From contig MFRM01000006.1 in the NCBI GenBank assembly GCA_001784555.1, positions 34,244-98,243 of the forward strand: DNA of 64,000 nucleotides, written 5' to 3'. This stretch comes from Candidatus Melainabacteria bacterium RIFCSPHIGHO2_02_FULL_34_12. GTDB lineage: Bacteria > Cyanobacteriota > Vampirovibrionia > 2-02-FULL-35-15. A program made the position numbers and the translations under genes. The notes beneath the pieces are model-generated. The model worked only from the letters and a program-made list of their open reading frames with translations, ran no database searches and was not told the origin of the DNA. The first letter of the stretch is position 1. The number at the start of each line of letters is the position of its first letter. Positions 19,686 through 28,777 of the stretch are shown piece by piece.

Positions 19686-21424
19686 AACAATATCAACCAC
19701 TATATTTAAAATACCGCCCACAAAAGCTCTCAGAGCTTATAGGTCAGGAAGTAGTTACAAAGACTCTTTCAAATGCAATTACTTATAATAAAATCGTTCA
19801 TGCTTATCTTTTTTGCGGTCCTAGGGGTACTGGAAAAACATCTACTGCCAGAATCTTGGCAAAATCTTTAAACTGTGAAAAAGGAACAACTATTGATCCT
19901 TGCGGTAAATGTGTAAGCTGTGTGTCTATTACTCAGGGTAATTCTCTGGATGTAATTGAAATTGATGCTGCCAGCCACAGAAAAGTCGAAGATGCAGAAG
20001 ATTTAATTAACAGAGTGAACCTCGGTACATATGGTTCTAGATTTAAGATTTATATTATAGATGAAGTACATATGCTTACTGATCATGCATTTAATGCACT
20101 TTTAAAAACACTTGAAGAACCACCGAAAAACGTAATTTTTATTCTGGCAACTACTGAAGAATATAAAGTAATTCCTACCATTATCAGTCGCTGTCAGAAG
20201 CTTGATTTTAAACCTGTTTTTCAGAACGATCTTGAAAAAAGAATTAATTACATAGCAGCTCAGGAAAAAATAAATATAGATGAAACTATAATTAAGTTTA
20301 TTTCTAAGAGATCCAGAGGATGTCTTAGAGATGCAGTGTCGCTGCTGGATCAGATAAGTGTTTTACAGGAAGAAAATAAAGTTATTGAGCCTAAAGAAGT
20401 ATTTGAGTTGTTTGGAACAGTTGACAGAACTATTTTATTTAAGCTTGTAAGTGCTGTTTTAACTTTTAGTCGCGAGGAATCAATTAACCTTGCAGAAGAT
20501 CTTGTCAAGAGCGGGAAAGATATTGCTGAATTATATAAAAATCTTCTTGAGCTGATTATTGATCTGGCAAAAGCAAAAATTGATTCTAAGTATAAAAAAG
20601 AATTAAGCCAGGAGTTAAATAATGATTTAGCGGTATTAAATAAAATAGAACATAATCATTTTTTAAAAATTATTGACAGATTGCAGGACTCACAGACCAA
20701 GCTTAGGTTTGCCCTTAGTCAGGAATTACAGTTTATGGTTGAAATTATGAGCATGATTGATGAAGATTTTCTTGTTTCAACCACAGATTTACAAAAAAGA
20801 ATTGAGAAACTTGAAGGACGAAACAGCGAACCGGCAGTGGGGCGAATCGGCGATACGGCGAAGGGACAAGAGAACGTAACGATGGTGAAACGAAAAAGCG
20901 AAGAACAAAATGTTATATCAGCAAGCCAGCATATAAGTGAATCCACTAACGCTATGGAACACGCCGATACGCCGGCTCGCCGATACGCCGACACGACTGA
21001 TTTAGATATGCTCTGGAAAAACATTATCGGATTAATTGAAAGTAATCCCACGAAAACTTTACTTATGCAATCAGAAAGTTATCTTATATCTCTTAGTGAA
21101 GATGTTGTGGAAATAGGTGTATCTAAAGATATGTTCTTACCCAGGCTTGAACATGATACAAAGAAAAAAGAAATGATTTTAAATTCTGCTAAACAAGCCA
21201 GCGGGAAAGAGCCAAAAATTATAAAATATCGTTTTTTGCCCAGAAAATTAGAACAAAATAGTTTTGAATCTACTCCAGCAGTAAAAACAAATGATTCTGA
21301 AGATGGAAACTTCAGCTCAGAAGCTAAAATCAGCTATAAATCAAAAATTGAAGAAAGCTCATTCCAATCTGATGATTTAACAGGTGCTATTAAAAATTTA
21401 CTTGGTGCAAAAGAAATAGATTAG
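19682..21424 (+). CDS. dnaX: DNA polymerase III subunit gamma/tau
   Basis: YRPQKLSELIGQE, Walker A GPRGTGKTS, zinc module CEKGTTIDPCGKCVSC. The C-terminal linker contains a GC-rich repeat segment. Confidence 0.9.
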   Translation: MKQYQPLYLKYRPQKLSELIGQEVVTKTLSNAITYNKIVHAYLFCGPRGTGKTSTARILAKSLNCEKGTTIDPCGKCVSCVSITQGNSLDVIEIDAASHRKVEDAEDLINRVNLGTYGSRFKIYIIDEVHMLTDHAFNALLKTLEEPPKNVIFILATTEEYKVIPTIISRCQKLDFKPVFQNDLEKRINYIAAQEKINIDETIIKFISKRSRGCLRDAVSLLDQISVLQEENKVIEPKEVFELFGTVDRTILFKLVSAVLTFSREESINLAEDLVKSGKDIAELYKNLLELIIDLAKAKIDSKYKKELSQELNNDLAVLNKIEHNHFLKIIDRLQDSQTKLRFALSQELQFMVEIMSMIDEDFLVSTTDLQKRIEKLEGRNSEPAVGRIGDTAKGQENVTMVKRKSEEQNVISASQHISESTNAMEHADTPARRYADTTDLDMLWKNIIGLIESNPTKTLLMQSESYLISLSEDVVEIGVSKDMFLPRLEHDTKKKEMILNSAKQASGKEPKIIKYRFLPRKLEQNSFESTPAVKTNDSEDGNFSSEAKISYKSKIEESSFQSDDLTGAIKNLLGAKEID

Positions 21425-21888
21425 AGTATTGAAGCTACAGCATAAGCACAAATAGCATTTTTTTCTCCCACTGAGTCAAGTCCTTCATTAGTTTTTGCTT
21501 TTATATTTATCTGGCTGTCTTTAATAGCAAGTGCTTTAGAAAGAACATCTTTCATTTGTGGTGTATATTTTGCCAGCTTTGGTTCCTGAGCTATAACTGT
21601 AGAATCAATGTTAACTATTATGTGTCCTTTGTTTTTTAAAGAGATAAAAACTACTTCCAGTAAATCTAAACTTTTTGCATCTTTCCATTTTGGATCATTA
21701 TCAGGGAAATATTGTCCTATATCACCTAGTCCACTAGCTCCTAGAAGTGCATCTATAATTGCATGTATAAGAACATCAGCGTCAGTATGACCAAGCAATC
21801 CCTTTGAATAAGGAATTTCCACTCCACCAATTATTAATTTTCTGTCCTCTGCCAGCTTATGAATGTCGTATCCGTGTCCAATTCTCAT
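21421..21888 (-). CDS. ispF: 2-C-methyl-D-erythritol 2,4-cyclodiphosphate synthase
   Basis: MRIGHGYDIHKL...LGHTDADVLIHAI..DAL signature. Confidence 0.9.
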   Translation of the reverse strand: MRIGHGYDIHKLAEDRKLIIGGVEIPYSKGLLGHTDADVLIHAIIDALLGASGLGDIGQYFPDNDPKWKDAKSLDLLEVVFISLKNKGHIIVNIDSTVIAQEPKLAKYTPQMKDVLSKALAIKDSQINIKAKTNEGLDSVGEKNAICAYAVASIL

Positions 21889-21957
21889 GAGGTTCCTTAA
21901 ACAAGAGACATTTTTTGGAAATCACTGTTCCGTGATTGTTAAATATTGTCGTTAGAA

Positions 21958-21977
21958 GGGCAGGATAAATCCTGCCC
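21958..21977. promoter_or_regulatory. Perfect 8-bp-stem hairpin gggcagga-taaa-tcctgccc in the divergent ispF / 22013 intergenic region
   Basis: Read from the sequence. It lies in a promoter region rather than a 3' end; a second small hairpin, aatcac-tgttccg-gtgatt, is at 21921..21937. Confidence 0.3.
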
Positions 21978-22012
21978 CTACAATTCCTTTAAGAAATATT
22001 TAACTTTACTGG

Positions 22013-22504
22013 TTGATAATCATCTTGAACAGGGTAAAAAAGAGATATATGCGTACTTCGGGTCACATTGTAGTTTCGGCAGTAATAGGCTTAGTTACTT
22101 ATTCAGTATTTAACGAGGTGGGACCGGCCATTGCAAGTTTTCTGGTCGGGACACTAATAGATCTGGATCATATTATTGATTATTTATATGCACATGGAAA
22201 AAGATGGGACTGGAAAAAAGTAAATGGTGCTCATCATGAAAGATTTAGCGGTAAACTTTATGTGCCATTGCATTCATATGAATTAGTACTTTTATTTTTT
22301 CTTTTAACTTTAGATCCTGCACTAACGGCCTGGAGAGTTGGTATTTCAATATCATTAATTGCACACTTTTTATGTGACCAATTTTTTAATCCGAACAGAA
22401 AATTCTCAACCTATTTTTTAATTTACAGACTAATACATAAATTCGACATAAAGAAAGTTCTGAAAAGCCCTGTTAAAAAAGCAGAAGAAGCTTTTGTAAA
22501 CTAA
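22013..22504 (+). CDS. Membrane-bound metal-dependent hydrolase, DUF457/YdjM-like
   Basis: Several TM segments, the conserved SGH near the N-terminus, and the D-L-D-H motif (TLIDLDHIIDY) typical of DUF457. Confidence 0.45.
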   Translation: MIIILNRVKKRYMRTSGHIVVSAVIGLVTYSVFNEVGPAIASFLVGTLIDLDHIIDYLYAHGKRWDWKKVNGAHHERFSGKLYVPLHSYELVLLFFLLTLDPALTAWRVGISISLIAHFLCDQFFNPNRKFSTYFLIYRLIHKFDIKKVLKSPVKKAEEAFVN

Positions 22505-22512
22505 GGTTGAAA

Positions 22513-23175
22513 TTACTTTTTTCTTTTTCCTGTAATTGCGTAATTAACAAGCAGCCCTATTTTTGCTGCATGGTCAGCAGCACGTTCGAAACTCTGTGCA
22601 ATAAAAAATAATTTTGAAAGACTGTCTACTTTTGACTCAGGAGCACCTTTAATTAAATTAATTATTTTACTGATAGCTAGTTTATAAATTGTGTCTACCT
22701 GATCATCCATTTCAGCTATTTCATTTGTTTTTTCTCCAAACATATCTCTGTAAGCATCTATGGACTCAGAAAGCATTTTATTACCAAGCTTTGCCATGTT
22801 TATTATTTCCTGTGGCACTTCAATATCTGAAAGAGTTACTTTTTCAAGTAACCGTGCTGTTTTTTTAAAGTGATCGCCAATTCTTTCTAGGTTATCAGTA
22901 ACCTGCATAGAAACCATTATTTGTCTGAAATCTTTAGCTACTGGTTGTTGTAATACTATAAGTGCATCTCCGAAGTCATGAACCTGCCATCTGGCTTTAT
23001 CTATTTCTTTGTCCTTATTTTTAATTTTTAAGAAAAGTTCATTTACGTTTTCTTTATTTTGGAGGAATTCAAATAAAAGTTCTCCATTTGCTTTTACATT
23101 TTCAGCAAGATCTAAAACAAGTTGTTGAAGTTTAACCAGTTCGTCCTGGAAAGTTATTCGTACTGTTTGGGTCAT
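22513..23175 (-). CDS. PhoU-family phosphate-signalling regulatory protein
   Basis: Two PhoU repeats (ERIGDHFKKTA ... ERAADHAAKIG). I place the start at the internal ATG 23175 (MTQTVRITFQDEL). The track's upstream ATG at 23226 lies inside the terminal inverted repeat of a palindromic element. Confidence 0.75.
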   Translation of the reverse strand: MTQTVRITFQDELVKLQQLVLDLAENVKANGELLFEFLQNKENVNELFLKIKNKDKEIDKARWQVHDFGDALIVLQQPVAKDFRQIMVSMQVTDNLERIGDHFKKTARLLEKVTLSDIEVPQEIINMAKLGNKMLSESIDAYRDMFGEKTNEIAEMDDQVDTIYKLAISKIINLIKGAPESKVDSLSKLFFIAQSFERAADHAAKIGLLVNYAITGKRKK

Positions 23176-23220
23176 GGTTAGTATTTTACTATATTTTTGT
23201 ATATTAAACAAAACAGGATA

Positions 23221-23329
23221 TGTCATTGCGAGGAGGCACGAAGTGCCGACGCGGCAATCTCATAACGTAAACTTTCAATTATTTTGTAAGGAGATTGCCA
23301 CGCCTCACTTTGTTCGGCTCGCAATGACA
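23221..23329. repeat. GC-rich palindromic element, family copy 1. Terminal inverted repeat tgtcATTGCGAGg ... cTCGCAATgaca encloses the hairpin ggcacgaagtgcc and the internal inverted repeat cgcggcaatctc / gagattgccacgc.
   Basis: Read from the sequence. It lies between the ugd stop and the PhoU-family start. It shares its termini and the GCAATCTC core with the 24726..24817 copy. Confidence 0.6.
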
Positions 23330-23336
23330 TGAAGAC

Positions 23337-24674
23337 TTACGAAACTCTGGACTTTAACTTAGCTGATGAAATTCCGATTCCTATATGGTTTAAGCCGTAA
23401 AGTTTTAATTTTTCCGGATCATAAATATTTCTGCCGTCAAAGACTACCTTATCCTTAAGGTTTGCCGCAAGCTTTTCAAAGTCAGGGCTTCTGAACTGCA
23501 GCCATTCAGTGCAGACCACAAGACCATTTGCTTCTTTTACTGACTCCATTTCATTATTTGCATATTCAATATTAGAAACATTTGCAAAATATTTTTTTGT
23601 ATTTTTTAATGCAATTGGATCATATAGTCTTAATCTGGCACCGGCTTTTTGTAAACCTTCTATTATTTTAATCGCTGGAGATTCTCTTATATCGTCAGTG
23701 CCTGCTTTAAAACTAGTACCCCAAATCGCAATTAGCTTATCCTTCATTTTGTCTTTCCCGAACCAGTTAACAATTTTATTTAAAAACCATTTTGATTGTT
23801 TTTCATTTACATTTTGTGCTGCCTGTGGAATTTCAAGACCTAAAGAGAGATTTTCTATTACATGATTTAAAGCATCTACATCCTTAGGAAGACATGAACC
23901 TCCATATCCAATTGATGGGTATAAAAACTGCCCACCAATTCTTGGATCGCTGATTATTCCTTCCCGGACCCTTCTTATATCTGCACCCACTGCATCACAT
24001 AAAATAGCTATTTCATTAATAAAAGAAACTTTAAGTGCAAGCATTGTATTACATGCATATTTAACAGTTTCAGCTGAAGTCGGATCCATTATTAAAATTG
24101 GATGACCGTTTCTGGTCAGATGTGAATATAAATCTTTCATCATTTCTGCAGCTTTAATTGTTTCTGTGCCGATTACTATTCGGTCCGGCTTCATGAAATC
24201 CTGAACTGCTGTTCCTTCTTTTAGAAATTCCGGATTTGAAACTACTTCAAAGTCAGAACTTAACTTACTGCTTAAATATTTTTTTACTTCTTGGTTAGTT
24301 CCAAGAGGAACGGTTGATTTTAATACAAATAGTTTATAACTTTTAATATGCGGTATAAGTGAATCAAGAGATTTATATACAGCACTTATGTCCGGCGTTC
24401 CATCTTTATTTGAAGGTGTTCCTACAGCAAGAAATATAAGGCTTACCTTGTCAATGTCAGGTCCTACTGTGTCCGTGAAACTTAATCTTCCTTCAATGCT
24501 GTTTTTTGATACCAGTTCTCTAAGTCCTGGTTCATAAATAGGCATCTGACCTTCTTTAAGGAGTTCAATTCTGTTTGAATCAATGTCTATTCCGATAACT
24601 TCATGTCCAAGTTCACTAAGACATGCTGCTGTAACAAGACCTACATAACCTAAACCAATTGTTGCAATTTTCAT
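23337..24674 (-). CDS. ugd: UDP-glucose 6-dehydrogenase
   Basis: N-terminal Rossmann fold MKIATIGLGYVGLVTAACL and the catalytic-Cys block GGSCLPKD. Confidence 0.9.
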   Translation of the reverse strand: MKIATIGLGYVGLVTAACLSELGHEVIGIDIDSNRIELLKEGQMPIYEPGLRELVSKNSIEGRLSFTDTVGPDIDKVSLIFLAVGTPSNKDGTPDISAVYKSLDSLIPHIKSYKLFVLKSTVPLGTNQEVKKYLSSKLSSDFEVVSNPEFLKEGTAVQDFMKPDRIVIGTETIKAAEMMKDLYSHLTRNGHPILIMDPTSAETVKYACNTMLALKVSFINEIAILCDAVGADIRRVREGIISDPRIGGQFLYPSIGYGGSCLPKDVDALNHVIENLSLGLEIPQAAQNVNEKQSKWFLNKIVNWFGKDKMKDKLIAIWGTSFKAGTDDIRESPAIKIIEGLQKAGARLRLYDPIALKNTKKYFANVSNIEYANNEMESVKEANGLVVCTEWLQFRSPDFEKLAANLKDKVVFDGRNIYDPEKLKLYGLNHIGIGISSAKLKSRVS

Positions 24675-24725
24675 TAGAGATTCCTCGTATATCTACAAAT
24701 GAAAATATAGCACAATTATTTTAAT

Positions 24726-24817
24726 ATTGCGAGGGCTTTAGCCCGAAGCAATCTCGTCATATTCTCGTGTAGCATTCGGGATTGCTTCGTCGTCCGCCAA
24801 GGCGGACTTCTCGCAAT
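24726..24817. repeat. GC-rich palindromic element, family copy 2. Terminal inverted repeat ATTGCGAGG ... CTCGCAAT encloses hairpins gggctttagccc and tccgccaaggcgga and the internal inverted repeat cgaagcaatctcg / cgggattgcttcg.
   Basis: Read from the sequence. Between the transaldolase stop, which overlaps the right terminal repeat, and the ugd start. Confidence 0.6.
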
Positions 24818-25557
24818 TAAATCTTTTGCTTTTCTGTTCCTACAATTTTAAAGCCGGATTTAGAAGCATCATTATAAAACATTTTTACTGTATCAAGTGA
24901 AAGCTCTTTAAGATCTTTGCCAACTCCTGCAAGTTTTTTTAAAATCTCATAGGTAACTGTAATAATTTGACAACCTGTTTCTTCTGCCTCAAAGATATTT
25001 AAAAGCTCTCTTGAACTTGCCCATAAAAGATCTGTTTTTGAAAGAGGTTTTAATATTTTTGCAGATTCAATCATGTATGGCTTTGGATCACGTCCTGTAT
25101 CTGCAATTCTTCCTGCAAATACAGAAACAATATTATAGGTATTAGGATTTAGAACTTCACTCACTGCTTTTACCTGTTCGACAGTTAAGATAGCTGTAAT
25201 ATTTAATGAAAGCCCGCTTTGTGAAAGTTTTTTTATAAGTGGAACGGATGATTCCTGTCTGGTGTTTGTAATTGGTATTTTAACGTTTACATTTTTCCCC
25301 CATGAAGCAATAATTTTTGCCTGACGCTCCATATCATCAAATTCATCTGAAAAAACTTCAAATGATATCGGTCTATCCGGAATATTTTTTAAAACATCAT
25401 GAGCAAAAGCTTCATAGTCTGTGATTCCATTTTTGTTCATTAAAGTTGGATTTGTAGTAAAACCTTTTACTATAGAACCCTTCTGGGCTTCAATCATTGA
25501 TTTAATGTCTGCACCGTCAGCAAATATTTTAATTTTTAAATCTTTAACTTGTGGCAT
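24817..25557 (-). CDS. tal: Transaldolase (short Fsa/Tal-type)
   Basis: IFADGADIKSMIE...VKGFTTNPTLM is the transaldolase family signature. Confidence 0.8.
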   Translation of the reverse strand: MPQVKDLKIKIFADGADIKSMIEAQKGSIVKGFTTNPTLMNKNGITDYEAFAHDVLKNIPDRPISFEVFSDEFDDMERQAKIIASWGKNVNVKIPITNTRQESSVPLIKKLSQSGLSLNITAILTVEQVKAVSEVLNPNTYNIVSVFAGRIADTGRDPKPYMIESAKILKPLSKTDLLWASSRELLNIFEAEETGCQIITVTYEILKKLAGVGKDLKELSLDTVKMFYNDASKSGFKIVGTEKQKI

Positions 25558-25575
25558 TTCTCTTCTCCTAATTTT

Positions 25576-26160
25576 TTATGAGTTCTTTCCTATTATTATG
25601 ACAGCTTCTTTTAAACCTGTAGCTTTAAAATCAGGCTTACTGTGGCCTGCTTTATTGTCTGGTATTTGTTGCATAACTTGTATGGTTTTTAATTCCATTG
25701 ACTGTCCACAGTAAATATCACTGTCTCTATCCCCTATCATCCACGACTTAGATAAGTCTAAACCAAATGTTAATTTAGCTTTTTTTAAAAAGAAATTACC
25801 GGGTTTTCTGCACTCGCAAGAAACAGTATATTCAGCTACTTTCCCCTGGGGATGATGATAACAATAGTAATATTCATCAAACTTAATATTGTTTTCTAAA
25901 AGTATGCTGTGTAGTCGTTGATGAACGACATTCAGATTTTCAAGAGTGGTTTTGCCTTTAGCATAATCAGGCTGATTTGATATGAGAAAAAGCTTGTAAT
26001 TTAAAGTCAGAAGTTTCTTCAGTGATTCAATTACTCCCGGAAAAAGTTTTAGATCTTTTTCATTATAAGGAGCCTCATATTCATTTGTATTCGGATTAAA
26101 AACCGGATAATTTATTACACCGTCTCTATCCAAAAAAACAGCTTTACCCCTGTTATCCAT
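25576..26160 (-). CDS. gmhB: D-glycero-D-manno-heptose 1,7-bisphosphate phosphatase (HAD family)
   Basis: HAD motif I FLDRDGVIN and the Zn-binding C-x-C-R-K-P block (SCECRKPG) typical of GmhB. Confidence 0.75.
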   Translation of the reverse strand: MDNRGKAVFLDRDGVINYPVFNPNTNEYEAPYNEKDLKLFPGVIESLKKLLTLNYKLFLISNQPDYAKGKTTLENLNVVHQRLHSILLENNIKFDEYYYCYHHPQGKVAEYTVSCECRKPGNFFLKKAKLTFGLDLSKSWMIGDRDSDIYCGQSMELKTIQVMQQIPDNKAGHSKPDFKATGLKEAVIIIGKNS

Positions 26161-26770
26161 GACTTTTAGCTGTAACTTTTACGCTTTCCCATTTCATTTC
26201 ATTCATCTGAATATCAGGATGTGAAACCAAAAGATGCCATACGATTGCCTGAAATTCTTCTGCATGCGGTGTCACTGTCTCAGCTGTCATAACAGGGATT
26301 AAAATGCAACAGTCTGCGACTTCTTTTGTGTATCCGCCGTCACGGCTTACTATCCCCATGATTTTTGCGCCTACTTCTTTACTGAGCTTCAGTGCCTGAA
26401 CCAGATTTACACTTATATTTTTTTCTATGTTTCCGCCGCCTACTGAAAATACTAATATAGCGTCTTTTGAATTTAAATTACTAACACGCAGCCAGTTTCT
26501 AAATACTGAATCCCAGCCGTCATCATTTACCCTGGCTGTAAGCTCAGATACATTATCGGTAGGTGTATAGGTTTCAATCCCTGCAATTTTTCTAAAGTCA
26601 TTTACAGCATGTGAAGCATTTCCTGCACTTCCGCCCACTCCGAGGATAAATAATCTTCCTTTATTTTCCCTAATGCTTTTTAAAATATTGATTGCTTTGT
26701 TGATCTCATTTTGATCAAGCATTGAAGCAATTTTTGATGTTTGTTCCAGATATTTTTTTATATAATCCAT
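26153..26770 (-). CDS. gmhA: Phosphoheptose isomerase (SIS domain)
   Basis: SIS-domain block LFILGVGGSAGNASHAVNDF; about 200 aa. Overlaps gmhB by 8 bp, consistent with an operon. Confidence 0.8.
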   Translation of the reverse strand: MDYIKKYLEQTSKIASMLDQNEINKAINILKSIRENKGRLFILGVGGSAGNASHAVNDFRKIAGIETYTPTDNVSELTARVNDDGWDSVFRNWLRVSNLNSKDAILVFSVGGGNIEKNISVNLVQALKLSKEVGAKIMGIVSRDGGYTKEVADCCILIPVMTAETVTPHAEEFQAIVWHLLVSHPDIQMNEMKWESVKVTAKSHG

Positions 26771-26837
26771 TTTCTTCCCCTAATTTTTTGGGCAAACACA
26801 TTGGTATGCCCCTACTTATCATATACCCATAAGATCC

Positions 26838-27554
26838 TTATGTTCTTATAATTATATTTATTATTTGTAATAAAGTTTCAAAAGAACCAATAAATGGGTT
26901 AAATCTTGTATCGGGATCATTTGCCCATTCTACAGGGAACACTGAAATTTTATAATTATCTTTGCTGGCAATTCTAAGCATTTCAATGTCCCATATGTTC
27001 TTTTCAGTAAACATTTTTTTAAATATGTGACGAGCTGCTTCTCTTTTAAAAAGTTTAAACCCGCATTGAGTATCTTCAATTCCTTCGGGAATTAAATTAA
27101 CGGTTTGGATAAATATCTTAAATAAATAAGAACCAAATCTTCTGTAAAAAGGTTGTTTTACAAGTATTTTGGCTGTGCTGTCTTTTGATCTTCTGGAACC
27201 AATTGAAACATCACTTCCTTTTTTAAGCTGATCAATGCCTATATTTATATATTTAAACGGAACTGACAGACCTGAGTCGATTAAAAGTAAATATTCTCCC
27301 TGAGCTTCAAGCATTCCGGTTTTTGTAGCATAACCTTTGCCTCTGTTTCTTTTATAAGTAATTACTTTAAGAGATGGAAATTTTTCTTTGTATGAGCTTG
27401 CAATTTGATATGTTTGATCCTTGCTCCCGTCATCAACAACAATAAGTTCGGCGTTAACTGAATTCTCTTTAAAATAACTCTGAAAAGCTTCTATATCTTT
27501 TCCTATTTTTTTTTCTTCGTTGTAAGCAGGAATAATTACTGACAGATAATACAT
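26838..27554 (-). CDS. GT2 glycosyltransferase (polyprenyl-phosphate sugar synthase-like)
   Basis: LSVIIPAYNEEKKI...LIVVDDGSKDQT is the GT-A DxD-type N-terminus. Confidence 0.7.
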   Translation of the reverse strand: MYYLSVIIPAYNEEKKIGKDIEAFQSYFKENSVNAELIVVDDGSKDQTYQIASSYKEKFPSLKVITYKRNRGKGYATKTGMLEAQGEYLLLIDSGLSVPFKYINIGIDQLKKGSDVSIGSRRSKDSTAKILVKQPFYRRFGSYLFKIFIQTVNLIPEGIEDTQCGFKLFKREAARHIFKKMFTEKNIWDIEMLRIASKDNYKISVFPVEWANDPDTRFNPFIGSFETLLQIINIIIRT

Positions 27555-27646
27555 AATAATTTTTATCTCTTAAGGTTTATTTTGAAACCATTATAATATT
27601 TTCATATATAATGGGCTTGTAGTTCCATGAAATTAATTGACGTTTT

Positions 27647-28777
27647 ATGAAAGTTTTAGTTACAGGCGGCGCAGGTTTTATCGGTTCTCATACCGTTGAT
27701 CTTTTGCTTGAAAAAGGATATCACGTCAAAGTTTTGGATATGCTTCAGCCCAGAGTACATCCTTTTGGAAAACCTAAATATATGGGTCCTGAAGTTGAAT
27801 TTATTCAGGGTGACGTTGCTGATAAAAATGTTTTATCTAAGGCAATGGAAGGTGTAGAAGGAATATTTCATCTGGCTGCATATCAGGATTATATGACTGA
27901 TTTCAGTAATTTCATAAGAACAAATACTTTAAGCACTGCATTATTTCTTGAGATTATAGTTGAAAAGAAATTAAACATAAAAAAGATTGTTCTTGCGTCT
28001 TCTCAGTCAGTTTATGGTGAAGGTAAATACAATTGTAAAGATCATGGAATTCAATATCCCGATAGCAGAAGTATTATGCAGCTTGAGAATTCTGACTGGG
28101 AAATGTATTGTCCCCAGTCAGGCTGTAAAAAATATCTTGAACCTGTTCTAATTGATGAAGCAGTTACAAATCCTTTTACAGCTTATGGCATATCGAAAGA
28201 GGCACTTGAACGGTTGGCAGCTAAATTGGGTAAAAGATATTCAATTCCTACAGTCTCGATGAGGTATTCAATTGTTCAGGGACCCAGGAATTCTTTTTTT
28301 AATGCTTATTCCGGTGTCTGCAGAATATTTACTTTAAGACTGATAAATGATAAATCCCCTGTAATTTATGAAGATGGAAAACAATTAAGAGATTATGTCC
28401 ATGTATATGATGTAGCCAGTGCAAATGTTTTGGCATTTGAAAAAAATGAATGTGATTACAGTGCTTTAAATGTCGGAGGTCTTAAAGGAACAAATCTTAT
28501 AGATTATACAGATACGTTAATTAAGGTTTCCGGCAAAAATATCAAGCCAATGGTTCCCGGATATTATCGTTATGGTGATACCAGGCATACTGTTTCATCC
28601 AGTGAAAAATTAAAAAAACTAGGCTGGAAAAATAAATATAATTTGGAAGACATTTTTAAAGACTACTTAAAATGGGTATATGAACAACCGGATATTAAGG
28701 ACAGATATGAAGAAGTAGAAACAATAATGAAAAATCAGAACATTCTTCGAAAATCAAAATCATCTTTATCGATATGA
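27647..28777 (+). CDS. NAD-dependent epimerase/dehydratase (extended SDR) with a Cys-rich insertion
   Basis: VLVTGGAGFIGSH Rossmann fold and YGISK catalytic YxxxK. The insertion CKDHG...CPQSGC is possibly metal-binding. It could be a nucleotide-sugar 4,6-dehydratase or epimerase; the substrate is not assignable. Confidence 0.65.
   Translation: MKVLVTGGAGFIGSHTVDLLLEKGYHVKVLDMLQPRVHPFGKPKYMGPEVEFIQGDVADKNVLSKAMEGVEGIFHLAAYQDYMTDFSNFIRTNTLSTALFLEIIVEKKLNIKKIVLASSQSVYGEGKYNCKDHGIQYPDSRSIMQLENSDWEMYCPQSGCKKYLEPVLIDEAVTNPFTAYGISKEALERLAAKLGKRYSIPTVSMRYSIVQGPRNSFFNAYSGVCRIFTLRLINDKSPVIYEDGKQLRDYVHVYDVASANVLAFEKNECDYSALNVGGLKGTNLIDYTDTLIKVSGKNIKPMVPGYYRYGDTRHTVSSSEKLKKLGWKNKYNLEDIFKDYLKWVYEQPDIKDRYEEVETIMKNQNILRKSKSSLSI

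Noticed and set aside
20787-20800. Programmed -1 frameshift site in dnaX (A-rich CAAAAAAGA)
   Set aside because: The run does not form an in-frame X-XXY-YYZ heptamer (the zero-frame codons are CAA AAA AGA) and there is no downstream stem-loop. There is no evidence for a gamma-producing frameshift.
22513-23226. PhoU-family gene start at 23226 as in the track
   Set aside because: The upstream ATG lies inside the terminal inverted repeat of the palindromic element. The internal ATG at 23175 (MTQTVRITFQDEL) gives a normal PhoU length, so I annotate 22513..23175.
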